A stretch of DNA of 64,000 nt from Candidatus Cloacimonadales bacterium (lineage in GTDB: Bacteria; Cloacimonadota; Cloacimonadia; Cloacimonadales; JAFGVF01), in the NCBI GenBank assembly GCA_963677495.2, contig CAXXOU010000004.1, forward strand, positions 832,001-896,000, in the 5' to 3' direction. Below are positions 19,027-28,723 of this stretch, piece after piece. Position 1 is the first letter of the stretch, and every line of letters starts with the position of its first letter. The position numbers were made by a program, and so were the translations under genes. The notes beneath the pieces were generated by a model that saw nothing but the letters and a program-made list of their open reading frames with translations, was not told the origin of the DNA and did no database searches.

Positions 19027-20078
19027 TAATTATGATTTGCAATAAGCTTAATTAGTTCTGGTAACAGCTCAGCTTCCGGAACCTTTTTGATTATCTCACC
19101 TCTTCTAAAGAGAAGACCCTCACCATTTCCTCCAGCTACTCCATAATCAGCTTCTCTAGCTTCACCGGGACCATTGACTATGCATCCCATCACTGCTACT
19201 TTAAGATTCAAATCAGAGTAGGGAAGAAGAGCTTTCTCAACCTTATTTGCAAGCTCAATTAGGTCTATTTTAGTTCTACCACAAGTTGGGCATGAGATTA
19301 TTTGTAAGCCTTGCTTTAGATCGAGTGATTTAAGTATAGTTTTTGCAATCAATACTTCTTCCACAGGATCTCCCGTAAGAGAAACTCGGATAGTATCACC
19401 AATTCCTTCACTGAGAAGTACTCCCATACCAATAGAGGATTTAACCGTAGCAGAGAGATAAGTCCCTGCTTCCGTAACACCTAAATGTAAAGGGTAGTCC
19501 ACTTTCTTACTAAGTAATCTATAGCTATCAATCATCATTTGGAGGTCAGAGCTTTTCACAGATATTTTCATATCATAAAAGGACAGATCTTCAAGAATCT
19601 TTACATGTTCTAGAGCTGATTCTACCAATGCTTGGGGAGTAACACCATATTTGTTGATGAGTTTTTTATCCAATGAACCTGCATTTACACCAATGCGAAT
19701 AGGAACGTTATTGGCTTTAGCTGCGGAAACAACTTCTTTAACTCTATCTATGCTTCCAATGTTACCGGGGTTAATTCTTAAACCTTGAATTCCTGCATCA
19801 ATAGCACCAAGAGCTAGTTTGTAATCAAAATGAATATCTGCAATAAGAGGAATAGAGATTTGCTTAATAATCTCAGGTAATGCCTTAACTGCATCTACAT
19901 CGGGAACTGCACTACGTATTATATCACATCCAACAGCTTCGATTCTATGTATTTGCTCTATTGTTTTTGAAACGTCAGATGTATTGGTATTTGTCATTGA
20001 TTGAATAGAGATAGGAGCATCCCCACCAATTAAAACATCACCAACTCTAATTTGTTTTGTAGATTTTCTATGTTGCAT
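19026..20078 (-). CDS. ispG: (E)-4-hydroxy-3-methylbut-2-enyl-diphosphate synthase
   Basis: IQSMTNT, ADIHF, RINPGN, IRIGVNAGSL, HLGVTEAG, CPTCGR, MGCIVNGPGE. Confidence 0.96.
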   Translation of the reverse strand: MQHRKSTKQIRVGDVLIGGDAPISIQSMTNTNTSDVSKTIEQIHRIEAVGCDIIRSAVPDVDAVKALPEIIKQISIPLIADIHFDYKLALGAIDAGIQGLRINPGNIGSIDRVKEVVSAAKANNVPIRIGVNAGSLDKKLINKYGVTPQALVESALEHVKILEDLSFYDMKISVKSSDLQMMIDSYRLLSKKVDYPLHLGVTEAGTYLSATVKSSIGMGVLLSEGIGDTIRVSLTGDPVEEVLIAKTILKSLDLKQGLQIISCPTCGRTKIDLIELANKVEKALLPYSDLNLKVAVMGCIVNGPGEAREADYGVAGGNGEGLLFRRGEIIKKVPEAELLPELIKLIANHN

Positions 20079-20250
20079 TTACATTCCTTATCTAGTATTG
20101 TAGGAATGATTCAGCATTAAGTTGTTGAGTCAAGAAATATCCTTAAAGGAGTTCTTCAGAGTGAAACTTGTGAGTGAAAAAGGACTTCTTGGAAATTAAT
20201 TAATATCACTAGCAAATCGAAGAACTGGCAATAATTCAAGAGACATCTTA

Positions 20251-20335
20251 CCACGGATTGACCACAGGTAAACTACGCCTAAACCAAGGGAGCCGTGGTC
20301 AACCCTTGGTCAATCCGTGGTTTACCCGTGGTCAA
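20251..20335. repeat. 11-bp phased inverted CCACGG/CCGTGG array
   Basis: Motifs at 20251, 20262, 20273, 20284 | 20293, 20304, 20315, 20326; homologous to 41504-41585. Confidence 0.85.
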
Positions 20336-20383
20336 GTATTTGGGATGTATGAAAACAAGGAAGAGGTGTTTGATTAAAAAAGT

Positions 20384-20410
20384 AAAAGAAGGGAGCATTA
20401 AGCTCCCTTC
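20384..20410 (-). terminator. Rho-independent terminator after the TetR gene
   Basis: GAAGGGAGC-ATTAA-GCTCCCTTC hairpin with an A-run on the left (U-tract on the minus strand). Confidence 0.75.
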
Positions 20411-20430
20411 AAAATATGGTAAACATAAGA

Positions 20431-21003
20431 CTATTTAAGGATACCTGTTAGCATAACACTAAAGGCTTGTTTAACACTCTTATCTAGGTTGAACTTACGA
20501 TCTTTAACAATGTCAGCATCCATGATTCTGTACAAAACACCTGATACTAATAAGTACATTGCATTAACAGAAATATCTTTAACTGCTTTAGCTTCAACAC
20601 CTACATTATAGATTTCAGTAAGCATCTCTTTTTCAAAAGTAACATTGAGTTCTTTCTCTTTATTGAGAAGTTTGCGATGTTTGTTAGGAAGGTTACTAAC
20701 TTTAAAGATTTCGCTGAAAGAAGGTTCATCAACAACTTGGTCAAATTTTGTCATGAAGAATGCTTCGAGTTTCTTCTCAAATGTAGTAGCCTTTTTAACT
20801 TTGTCAGTAACTTCTTTTCTTAGACTTGCATATTTGTTAGCAAGCATCTCCCCAAAAAGATGATCTCTGTTTTCAAAGTAGTAATAAATCGCAGTTTTTC
20901 TTAAACCAATCTCGTAAGCAACATCTTCAAGGGTTGCTTTAGCAAATCCGTAACGAACAAATACTGTTTCGGCTGCTTGTAAAATTTCTTCTTTTCTGTC
21001 CAT
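20431..21003 (-). CDS. TetR/AcrR family transcriptional regulator
   Basis: EEILQAAETVF...GF..ATLEDVA..IG..KTAIYYYF HTH; start ATG 21003 behind AGGAG. Confidence 0.92.
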   Translation of the reverse strand: MDRKEEILQAAETVFVRYGFAKATLEDVAYEIGLRKTAIYYYFENRDHLFGEMLANKYASLRKEVTDKVKKATTFEKKLEAFFMTKFDQVVDEPSFSEIFKVSNLPNKHRKLLNKEKELNVTFEKEMLTEIYNVGVEAKAVKDISVNAMYLLVSGVLYRIMDADIVKDRKFNLDKSVKQAFSVMLTGILK

Positions 21004-21196
21004 TCTAACTCCTTTAAGTTTGAACACTAAATACATAAAGATGGTATTATAGTGTAGAGGGATTTTTTAACATTATTCCATTTTTCTTTCCTATAAAACC
21101 ACTTTTACAGTATTGTTATATTTATGGCAAGAAAAATTTAGACTTTTTCTAATATCGCAAAAAGAGCTTGGAGCCCAATTTTACAAGCAATGGTAC

Positions 21197-21976
21197 TTAT
21201 TTGAATAAAGATATACTTTCAGGAACTAAATCTAAGTCGGTATAGTTTACGTTTGTTAAATAAAGTCCGTTAGGTGGAGCAGTGAACATTACTTTTTGGT
21301 TAGCTTTCTTTCCATTTAAGAAATCAGTAATAATTTCAGGATTCATCTGATGATGAGAGATGGTCGCAAGGCATCCTATGATTCTGCGAACCATGTTATG
21401 TAGAAATCTATTAGCTGAGATAGTGAATATAAAGTCGTTATCTTTTACCTGTATATCAAGTCTTTTAAGATTACAAATTGTGTTCTCTATTTGTGGGTTT
21501 GGTTTAGAAAAAGCATCAAAATCATGTGTACCAAGAAACAAAGGCAGGGCAGAGGATATTAAATCCAAATCAAGCTTATGATGCGGTAAGAAACTCTTAT
21601 ATTTTACATTGAATGGGTTTTTTTTAGTTGTAAGAATGTAATTGTAGGTTCGTTCATAGGCATTGAACCGTGCATTGAAATTTGCCGGTACTTTCCAAAA
21701 CTTCAATGGTCGCACACTATGAGTATCTAAGGCTGTTATTAATGCCATAACAAATCTTTCTTCAGGTATATCAATTGGGAAATCGAAATGGGCGTATTGA
21801 CAAGTAGCGTGGACTCCTGTATCTGTACGTCCTGAACCTGTTATTTTTATCTCTTTTTTTGCTATTTTTGTAAGAGCATTCTCTAGAGATTCCTGAACGG
21901 TATAGGCATTCTTCTGCCTTTGCCATCCATGGAATACGCTACCATCATAGGCTAATTGTACTAAATATCTCTGCAT
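21197..21976 (-). CDS. truA: tRNA pseudouridine(38-40) synthase
   Basis: YDGS.FHGWQ.Q, GSGRTDTGVHA, G.HDF..F, FLHNMVR, APPNGLYL. Confidence 0.96.
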   Translation of the reverse strand: MQRYLVQLAYDGSVFHGWQRQKNAYTVQESLENALTKIAKKEIKITGSGRTDTGVHATCQYAHFDFPIDIPEERFVMALITALDTHSVRPLKFWKVPANFNARFNAYERTYNYILTTKKNPFNVKYKSFLPHHKLDLDLISSALPLFLGTHDFDAFSKPNPQIENTICNLKRLDIQVKDNDFIFTISANRFLHNMVRRIIGCLATISHHQMNPEIITDFLNGKKANQKVMFTAPPNGLYLTNVNYTDLDLVPESISLFK

Positions 21977-22634
21977 AGTTTATTGGGTAGTTTGTGATAA
22001 ATGTGAGCATGATTATGATTAATAATACCAGCGGAACATCTCTCCAAGTTCTAGGTTTCATATTAGTTATCTTTGAGTGTATCTCGCTTTCAACTTGCTC
22101 TTGAATAAGCTCTTTTGATTCCCAAACTTCAACAAAAGAATTTGTGTAAGCTGAAACTATAGTTCCAATACTTTTATTCTGGATTTCTGATACATGTGCT
22201 TTGTTATACTCTATGAATCTATCAATTATGGAACCACAAAGCAGCATCAATCCAAGTGAGCTTCTAACAACTCTTAGATGAGTAATGTTCTTCAAATCCG
22301 TTAATATTGTCTTTGCATCAAAAGAAGTGAATACAAAGCAGGATATTAGCACCAGAAGGCTCATCTTAGTTGAGAAAAAGATAGAATTATTATAATCTGT
22401 TTTAAACAAAAGTGCTAAGATATGATAACTTAGGAAGAAAGGCATCAACCTAAGCATTATTGAGCCCCAATTCCTGATTAGTTCTTTGTCAAACACAAGT
22501 AAACTAAAAACAATTAATTGCGCGAAGATAATGAATATGTCTTTCGCAACTACTGCTGCTACTAAAGCTATGATTATCAGTATACTTTTTATGTAGCTAT
22601 TCACAAGCAGTAATGCTTTAGATCTCTTTAACAT
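21945..22634 (-). CDS. Hypothetical integral membrane protein (possibly divergent EcfT/CbiQ-like)
   Basis: Several hydrophobic segments; position upstream of truA; family assignment weak. Confidence 0.5.
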   Translation of the reverse strand: MLKRSKALLLVNSYIKSILIIIALVAAVVAKDIFIIFAQLIVFSLLVFDKELIRNWGSIMLRLMPFFLSYHILALLFKTDYNNSIFFSTKMSLLVLISCFVFTSFDAKTILTDLKNITHLRVVRSSLGLMLLCGSIIDRFIEYNKAHVSEIQNKSIGTIVSAYTNSFVEVWESKELIQEQVESEIHSKITNMKPRTWRDVPLVLLIIIMLTFITNYPINYAEIFSTISL

Positions 22635-22640
22635 CAGATA

Positions 22641-24650
22641 TTATTCAGTTAGTTCTTCGACTATTTCAGATTTCTTCTGAGGTTTAAGCTCTTTTAACTC
22701 AACTTCTTCAATTGGTTCCTCTTGCTCAATATCAAGTGTATCATGAATAACTTCTTCCTGAACATTCAAAGAATCAATGTCATCTTTAACTTCAGTCTTC
22801 ACGAACGTGCCTTCTTGATAAAATGTTCTGACATTAACTCTATATTTATCATCAAAATCCTCATCAAGAAGTTTATCAAAGAACGGTTTGGCTGAAACTG
22901 AATCATCCAAAACAAACTTGTATACAAAACCTGAAGTATAGAGTGAATTTAAGTAGAATTTAGATAATGGGTCATTAGCGAACTCAGCTAAGAGTTTAAT
23001 CGAAGAATCAGGGTTATTGTACATATTCTCAACCGCTAAATCATACTTCTGCAAGTTCTTTTGTTGTAAAGGTGATTCAAGTACTGCTTTCTCGCCATTA
23101 AGCATCAAACTACAAGCATAAGTATACTCGTTTGTAGCATAATTGTTTTTCAAAACATCATAATTGAGCAAAGCGTTTGTAGAATCAGATTTGATCTCTA
23201 AATATATCCATGACTTAACAAAATATGTGAATGGAAGAATCTTAGCTTCGAAATCTGCAAGGGTTGATTCATAGTTTTCAATCTGATTGTTGATAGTTCT
23301 ATACTCGGGACTATTTTCAAACTTAGGTACTTCTACCTTTGTTGTGTCAGTGCTTATTGAATCAACCTGGGTAAGTTTTATTGAATCTTGATATGCAATA
23401 AATTTATCATTTTCGTGGGCTAATTCTATTCTCAATGTATCTAGATGTAATGCTAAAGCTTCCTTAGTCTCGATAATGTTATCATACACAACAAGGGCAG
23501 AATCAGGCATACTCATTACATTAATGAAGTATTCAGCTAGCTTGAATTGCTCATCTACCAATGATTCCGGATTGAGATTCCTATCTGGATCGGAAAGTAA
23601 TTGAATCTGACTTGCAACTGAGCTTTTAGTAATCGCTGCTTCTACGAACTCTGATTTCTTATATTCAGTTTTCACTTTGTTGTAGTACACAATTGCTTCT
23701 GCATAATCAAAGGAAGTATAGAGATAATATTCACCAAGTAAAAAGGCACATTCAGCTGAGATAGCTGTCCTGGAATGGTTATCCAGTATGAATTTCATGT
23801 CATCAACAAATCCGTCAGCATCACCGTTAGCAAGCTTGATTCTTCCTCTAAGCATTTTTACATATGGGATTCTATCATTTCTGCTTTCTTTTTTTAGAAG
23901 CTTTTTTACTATCTTTTGAGCTTTTACCAAATCATCTTGATAATAATAACTATAGGCAAGATAAAATCTGGCATCAAGCTTCATCTCATTCTGAAGTCTC
24001 AATCTTAAAAGTGAGGAAAGTACTTCTATTGATCTATCATAATCTTTGGCCTGATGATATGTTTTACCAAGTAAGAAGTACGCTTCTTCGTATTCATCAC
24101 TTTTTTTACCATTATCCAATATTTTCTGAAGATGATATGTAGCTTTTGTATATTCATCATCTTCCAGACTAAACTCAGCAATGAGGAGATGAGCTCGATT
24201 ATACCATTCACTATTTTCCGGAGCAATAAGGAAATCAGTGACATATTTGTTCAGATCTTCATCTTTATGCATACGTCTAAACAGTCGCATTACATATAAA
24301 CGAGCTTCCGGAGTAAATTCACTATCCGGGAAATTATTGATTAATTCATTGAATTGCTTCAATGCTTTATGTGGGTTAGTCTTCTTGTAAAAGAGAGCCC
24401 TGGCCATAAGGAAAGCAGCATCATCAGTCCATTTACTATTCTTGTAATTAGTAATGATTTTACCACATTTCTTCACTACTGCGTTATATTCTTTTATTGC
24501 TTGAGCCGAAGGTCGACCATGTGAGTTTAGAGGTCTTTCTTGAGCTAATTCAAAATTCTTTCTTGCATTATAAAAAGTGTTATAATAAACACAGCCACTT
24601 AACAATAATACTACAACTATTATCAGGTAGATACCAGGGATCTTTTTCAA
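22641..24650 (-). CDS. TPR-repeat lipoprotein (BamD/SprE-PorW-like)
   Basis: Lipobox LLSG-C, 'YYNTFYNA', 'SKWTDDA.FLMARA', multiple A.FLLG..Y TPR units. Confidence 0.7.
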   Translation of the reverse strand: MKKIPGIYLIIVVVLLLSGCVYYNTFYNARKNFELAQERPLNSHGRPSAQAIKEYNAVVKKCGKIITNYKNSKWTDDAAFLMARALFYKKTNPHKALKQFNELINNFPDSEFTPEARLYVMRLFRRMHKDEDLNKYVTDFLIAPENSEWYNRAHLLIAEFSLEDDEYTKATYHLQKILDNGKKSDEYEEAYFLLGKTYHQAKDYDRSIEVLSSLLRLRLQNEMKLDARFYLAYSYYYQDDLVKAQKIVKKLLKKESRNDRIPYVKMLRGRIKLANGDADGFVDDMKFILDNHSRTAISAECAFLLGEYYLYTSFDYAEAIVYYNKVKTEYKKSEFVEAAITKSSVASQIQLLSDPDRNLNPESLVDEQFKLAEYFINVMSMPDSALVVYDNIIETKEALALHLDTLRIELAHENDKFIAYQDSIKLTQVDSISTDTTKVEVPKFENSPEYRTINNQIENYESTLADFEAKILPFTYFVKSWIYLEIKSDSTNALLNYDVLKNNYATNEYTYACSLMLNGEKAVLESPLQQKNLQKYDLAVENMYNNPDSSIKLLAEFANDPLSKFYLNSLYTSGFVYKFVLDDSVSAKPFFDKLLDEDFDDKYRVNVRTFYQEGTFVKTEVKDDIDSLNVQEEVIHDTLDIEQEEPIEEVELKELKPQKKSEIVEELTE

Positions 24651-24660
24651 TTCAAACTTC

Positions 24661-26187
24661 CTATTTCATTTTAAAGTATTTCTCTACTATTTGAGTGAAG
24701 ATAGGACTATCAACTAACTCTTTCATTCTAAGAATGTCAGGTTGCATAAATCTATCTTTCTCTATTTTCTTTACGTCTTTTCGGATTTCAGCTTTAATCT
24801 CTTCAATTATTGGTGAAGATGGGAAATCTCTTGCATCTAATGCCTGACAGCCTGCCATTAGCTCAATTGCAAGTACAAATGATGTGTTTTCTACAACACT
24901 TCTTGCTTTCAGAGATGATACAGAACCCATACTTACATGGTCTTCCTGGTTAGCTGATGTTGGTATAGAATCAACTGATCCAGGATGTGAAAGCACTTTG
25001 TTCTCTGAAACTAAATTAGCTGCTGTTAGCTGTGCAATCATAAACCCGGAATCAACTCCAAGTCTTGATGCTAAGAAAGCATTTAAACCACGGTTTTGAG
25101 CTGGATTAAACATCTGTTCCATTCTTCTCTCTGATATGTTTGCTAATTCACTGACACAAATAGCCATGTTATCAAGCGCAAAAGCTAAAGGTTCGCCATG
25201 GAAATTACCACCGGAGATTACTTCTCTCTCTTCTGGGAAGATGAGAGGATTGTCAGTTGCTGAATTAATCTCTACTTCTAAAACACTTCTAACGTATTTT
25301 AAAGAGTCTCTTACTGCTCCATGAACTTGTGGCGCGCATCTTAAAGAATATGGATCTTGTACATTACCACAATCTTCGTGTGATTTTCTCAATGGACTTT
25401 CAGCAAGTAAGGCTTTCATGTTCCAAGCAGCATCAATCTGTCCCTGATGTGCTCTTACTTTATGAACTAATGGACTAAAGGCTGCATCAGTTCCAAGTAA
25501 TGCATCAACTGAGATCGCTTCTGCAATATCAGCTACTTTACAATAATGTTCAGCTTTTCTGAGTGCTAGTGCACCGATAGCTGCCATAACTTGTGTACCA
25601 TTGTTAAGAGCAAGTCCCTCTTTAGCCGCAAGTTTAACAGGTGTAAGTCCGGCATTTTTCATTGCTTCAGCACCAGGCATCTCTTTACCCTTATATATTG
25701 CTGTACCATAACCAAGCAGTACAAGAGCAAGGTGGGAGAGAGGAGCTAAATCTCCACTGGCACCAACTGAACCTTTCTCAGGGATGATTGGGTGAATGCC
25801 TGTATTTAACATTGCAATCAATGTCTCAAGTGTGGACAATCTGATACCTGAATTACCTTTTGCAAGAACGCTGATACGAAGGAGCATTATCGCTCTGGTT
25901 TCCTCTTCTGTGTAATGATTACCAACACCGGTAGCATGACTAAGAATAAGGTTTTCTTGTAGCTCTTCAAGTTGCTCAGGTGGAATAGTTACTGTTGCGA
26001 ACTTCCCAAATCCGGTTGTGAGACCATATACTACTTTTCCTTCTTTAATAATCTCATCTACGAAGTCACGACACTTGTTGATTTTGACCTTAGATTCTTC
26101 AGTAAGTGCTATTTTCCTATTCTGGAATGCTACTTCCCATATGTTTTCTATTGTGAGTGAATTGCCATCTATGAACAATGTATTCAT
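24661..26187 (-). CDS. hutH: Histidine ammonia-lyase
   Basis: YGLTTGFG, GSVGASGDLAPL (MIO), KEGLALNNGTQ, QDPYSLRC, SGGNFHG, NQEDHVSMG; start ATG 26187 behind GGAGA. Confidence 0.95.
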   Translation of the reverse strand: MNTLFIDGNSLTIENIWEVAFQNRKIALTEESKVKINKCRDFVDEIIKEGKVVYGLTTGFGKFATVTIPPEQLEELQENLILSHATGVGNHYTEEETRAIMLLRISVLAKGNSGIRLSTLETLIAMLNTGIHPIIPEKGSVGASGDLAPLSHLALVLLGYGTAIYKGKEMPGAEAMKNAGLTPVKLAAKEGLALNNGTQVMAAIGALALRKAEHYCKVADIAEAISVDALLGTDAAFSPLVHKVRAHQGQIDAAWNMKALLAESPLRKSHEDCGNVQDPYSLRCAPQVHGAVRDSLKYVRSVLEVEINSATDNPLIFPEEREVISGGNFHGEPLAFALDNMAICVSELANISERRMEQMFNPAQNRGLNAFLASRLGVDSGFMIAQLTAANLVSENKVLSHPGSVDSIPTSANQEDHVSMGSVSSLKARSVVENTSFVLAIELMAGCQALDARDFPSSPIIEEIKAEIRKDVKKIEKDRFMQPDILRMKELVDSPIFTQIVEKYFKMK

Positions 26188-26448
26188 CAGAAATCTCCTA
26201 TTGATATTATTTTTTTTCAAATTTTACAGTTTATCATCTTTTGTCAATATGATAGGTGTAGGAAATGATATATTTCTATTGTAAGGCAGTCAGTAGTAGG
26301 ATCTGTATGGAGAACTACTTCTTTGTTGGTGTACGTATCAAGCTGTAGCTTTAGTAAGAGCTAAAGCGTTTTTGAGAAGACTGGACCGTAATGTAAGTTA
26401 CTTCTTGGTATAGAAATCTTTCAATGATTCATTTTGTTGTATTGAGCT

Positions 26449-26522
26449 AAAAAAGACAAAGCTATGAATATGAGATTTCATAGCTTTGTCAACATTCCAA
26501 GACACCTGAATATTCAGGTGCC
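26449..26522 (-). terminator. Tandem hairpins / terminator downstream of mutB
   Basis: GACAAAGCTATGAA...TTCATAGCTTTGTC preceded by an A-run, plus CACCTGAATATTCAGGTG palindrome. Confidence 0.6.
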
Positions 26523-26545
26523 TTATATATTTAAGATAATGGACT

Positions 26546-28723
26546 TTAGAGTCCTAATCTTTCATTTAACTTTTCAATGATAACTTTTGCAGCATAAGGA
26601 AGCACTGTACCAGGTCCGAAGATAGCAGCAGCACCATGCTCATAGAGATAATCATAATCCTGAGCAGGGATAACACCACCACAAATAACCATAATATCTT
26701 CACGACCCAGCTTTGCGAGCTCATCGATAAGCTGAGGAAGAAGTGTTTTATGTCCGGCAGCAAGTGAACTCATACCGATAACATGAACATCATTCTCAAC
26801 AGCTTGTCTTGCAGTCTCTTCAGGAGTCTGGAAGAGAGGTCCCATATCAACGTCAAATCCCATGTCTGCATAAGCTGTAGCAACAACTTTAGCACCACGG
26901 TCATGACCATCCTGCCCCATCTTTGCAATCATGATACGAGGACGACGACCCTCTTTCTCTTCAAAGTCATCTGCGAGTTTTCTAACACCATCAACATCTT
27001 CTGCTTTCTTATATTCAGCTTTGTAAACATTAGAAATAAGCTTGATAGTTGCTTGATGTCTTCCGAATTTCTTCTCCATAGCGTCTGATATTTCTCCTAA
27101 TGTAGCTCTTGCTCTTGTTGCATAGATAGCAAGCTCAAGCAGGTTACCTTCACCAGTTTCGCATGATTTTGTGATTGCATCAAGGCATTCCTGCACTTTC
27201 GCATTATCACGCTCAGCTTTAAGTTTATTAAGACGTTCGATCTGAGATATACGAACTGATGTATTATCTACTTCAAGAATCTCAATAGGATCTTCCTGAT
27301 CAAGACGATATTTATTAACACCAACGATTGTCTCAACACCGGAGTCAATCTTAGCTTGTCTGCGAGCAGCAGCTTCTTCGATACGCATCTTTGGAAGACC
27401 TGTTTCGATAGCTTTTGTCATGCCACCAAGCTCTTCAACCTCAACGATATGATTCCATCCCTTTATGAGAAGGTCGTTAGTAAGAGCTTCAACATAATAA
27501 GAACCACCCCAAGGATCGATTACATTACAAACACCTGTTTCTGTTTGAAGGAATAGCTGAGTGTTACGTGCAATGCGAGCACTGAAGTCAGTTGGAAGCG
27601 CAATAGCTTCATCAAGTGAGTTTGTATGCAATGACTGTGTATGCCCCATAGTTGCAGCAAGACCTTCAAGAACAGTACGTGTAACGTTGTTATATGGATC
27701 CTGCTCAGTAAGAGACCAGCCTGATGTTTGTGAGTGAGTTCTAAGAGCCATTGATTTAGGGTTCTTAGGGTTGAACTGCTTAACAAGTTTCGCCCAGAGA
27801 ACACGAGCAGCTCTAAGTTTTGCTACTTCCATGAAGTAATTCATGCCTTCAGCCCAGAAGAAAGAAAGACGTGGGGCAAAGGCATCTATATCGATACCGG
27901 CATCAATACCGGTTCTTATGTACTGTAAACCGTCAGCAATAGTATAAGCCATCTCAAGGTCAGCAGTAGCACCAGCTTCCTGCATGTGATAACCTGAAAT
28001 ACTGATACTATTGAATTTTGGCATATTCTTTGAAGTGAACTCAAAGATGTCAGCAATAATTCTCATAGATTCAGCAGGTGGGTAAACATAAGTATTACGA
28101 ACCATGTACTCTTTAAGAATATCATTCTGGATAGTACCTGATAACTGTTCCCATTTAACTCCCTGCTCTTCAGCAGCAACAATATAGAATGCCATAACAG
28201 GAATCACAGCACCGTTCATTGTCATAGAAACTGACATCTTATCAAGTGGGATACCATCAAAGAGAATCTTCATATCAAGAATTGAATCGATAGCAACACC
28301 GGCTTTACCAACATCACCAACAACTCTTTCATGATCTGAATCATAACCTCTATGTGTTGCAAGGTCAAAAGCAACTGAGAGACCTTTCTGACCCATTGCA
28401 AGGTTTCTACGATAGAAAGCATTACTTTCTTCAGCGGTTGAGAAACCGGCATATTGTCTGATTGTCCAAGGTCTTGTTACATACATTGAACCATAAGGAC
28501 CTCTTAAGTATGGTGGGATACCAGACATAAAGCCAAGGTGCTCCATACCTATCAAATCATCTTGGGTGTAGAGAGGTTTAACCTTAATCTTCTCATTTGT
28601 TTCCCAAACCATCTCTTCAATCTTCTTCCCGGATTCCGCTTGTACTTTAGTAACCCAGTCAGTGTATTTCTCTTTACTTTCTTTAAGTTTTAAATTTATC
28701 TTTGTGAAATCAGGATTGCTCAT
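26546..28723 (-). CDS. mutB: Methylmalonyl-CoA mutase, large (catalytic, B12-binding) subunit
   Basis: [39 protein letters not shown] (DxHxxG), SSLAAGH. Confidence 0.96.
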   Translation of the reverse strand: MSNPDFTKINLKLKESKEKYTDWVTKVQAESGKKIEEMVWETNEKIKVKPLYTQDDLIGMEHLGFMSGIPPYLRGPYGSMYVTRPWTIRQYAGFSTAEESNAFYRRNLAMGQKGLSVAFDLATHRGYDSDHERVVGDVGKAGVAIDSILDMKILFDGIPLDKMSVSMTMNGAVIPVMAFYIVAAEEQGVKWEQLSGTIQNDILKEYMVRNTYVYPPAESMRIIADIFEFTSKNMPKFNSISISGYHMQEAGATADLEMAYTIADGLQYIRTGIDAGIDIDAFAPRLSFFWAEGMNYFMEVAKLRAARVLWAKLVKQFNPKNPKSMALRTHSQTSGWSLTEQDPYNNVTRTVLEGLAATMGHTQSLHTNSLDEAIALPTDFSARIARNTQLFLQTETGVCNVIDPWGGSYYVEALTNDLLIKGWNHIVEVEELGGMTKAIETGLPKMRIEEAAARRQAKIDSGVETIVGVNKYRLDQEDPIEILEVDNTSVRISQIERLNKLKAERDNAKVQECLDAITKSCETGEGNLLELAIYATRARATLGEISDAMEKKFGRHQATIKLISNVYKAEYKKAEDVDGVRKLADDFEEKEGRRPRIMIAKMGQDGHDRGAKVVATAYADMGFDVDMGPLFQTPEETARQAVENDVHVIGMSSLAAGHKTLLPQLIDELAKLGREDIMVICGGVIPAQDYDYLYEHGAAAIFGPGTVLPYAAKVIIEKLNERLGL

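Noticed and set aside
26290..26440. Possible regulatory RNA or operator between mutB and hutH (GCTTTAG..CTAAAGC palindrome)
   Set aside because: Short single-copy palindrome; no recognisable riboswitch (e.g. cobalamin) consensus
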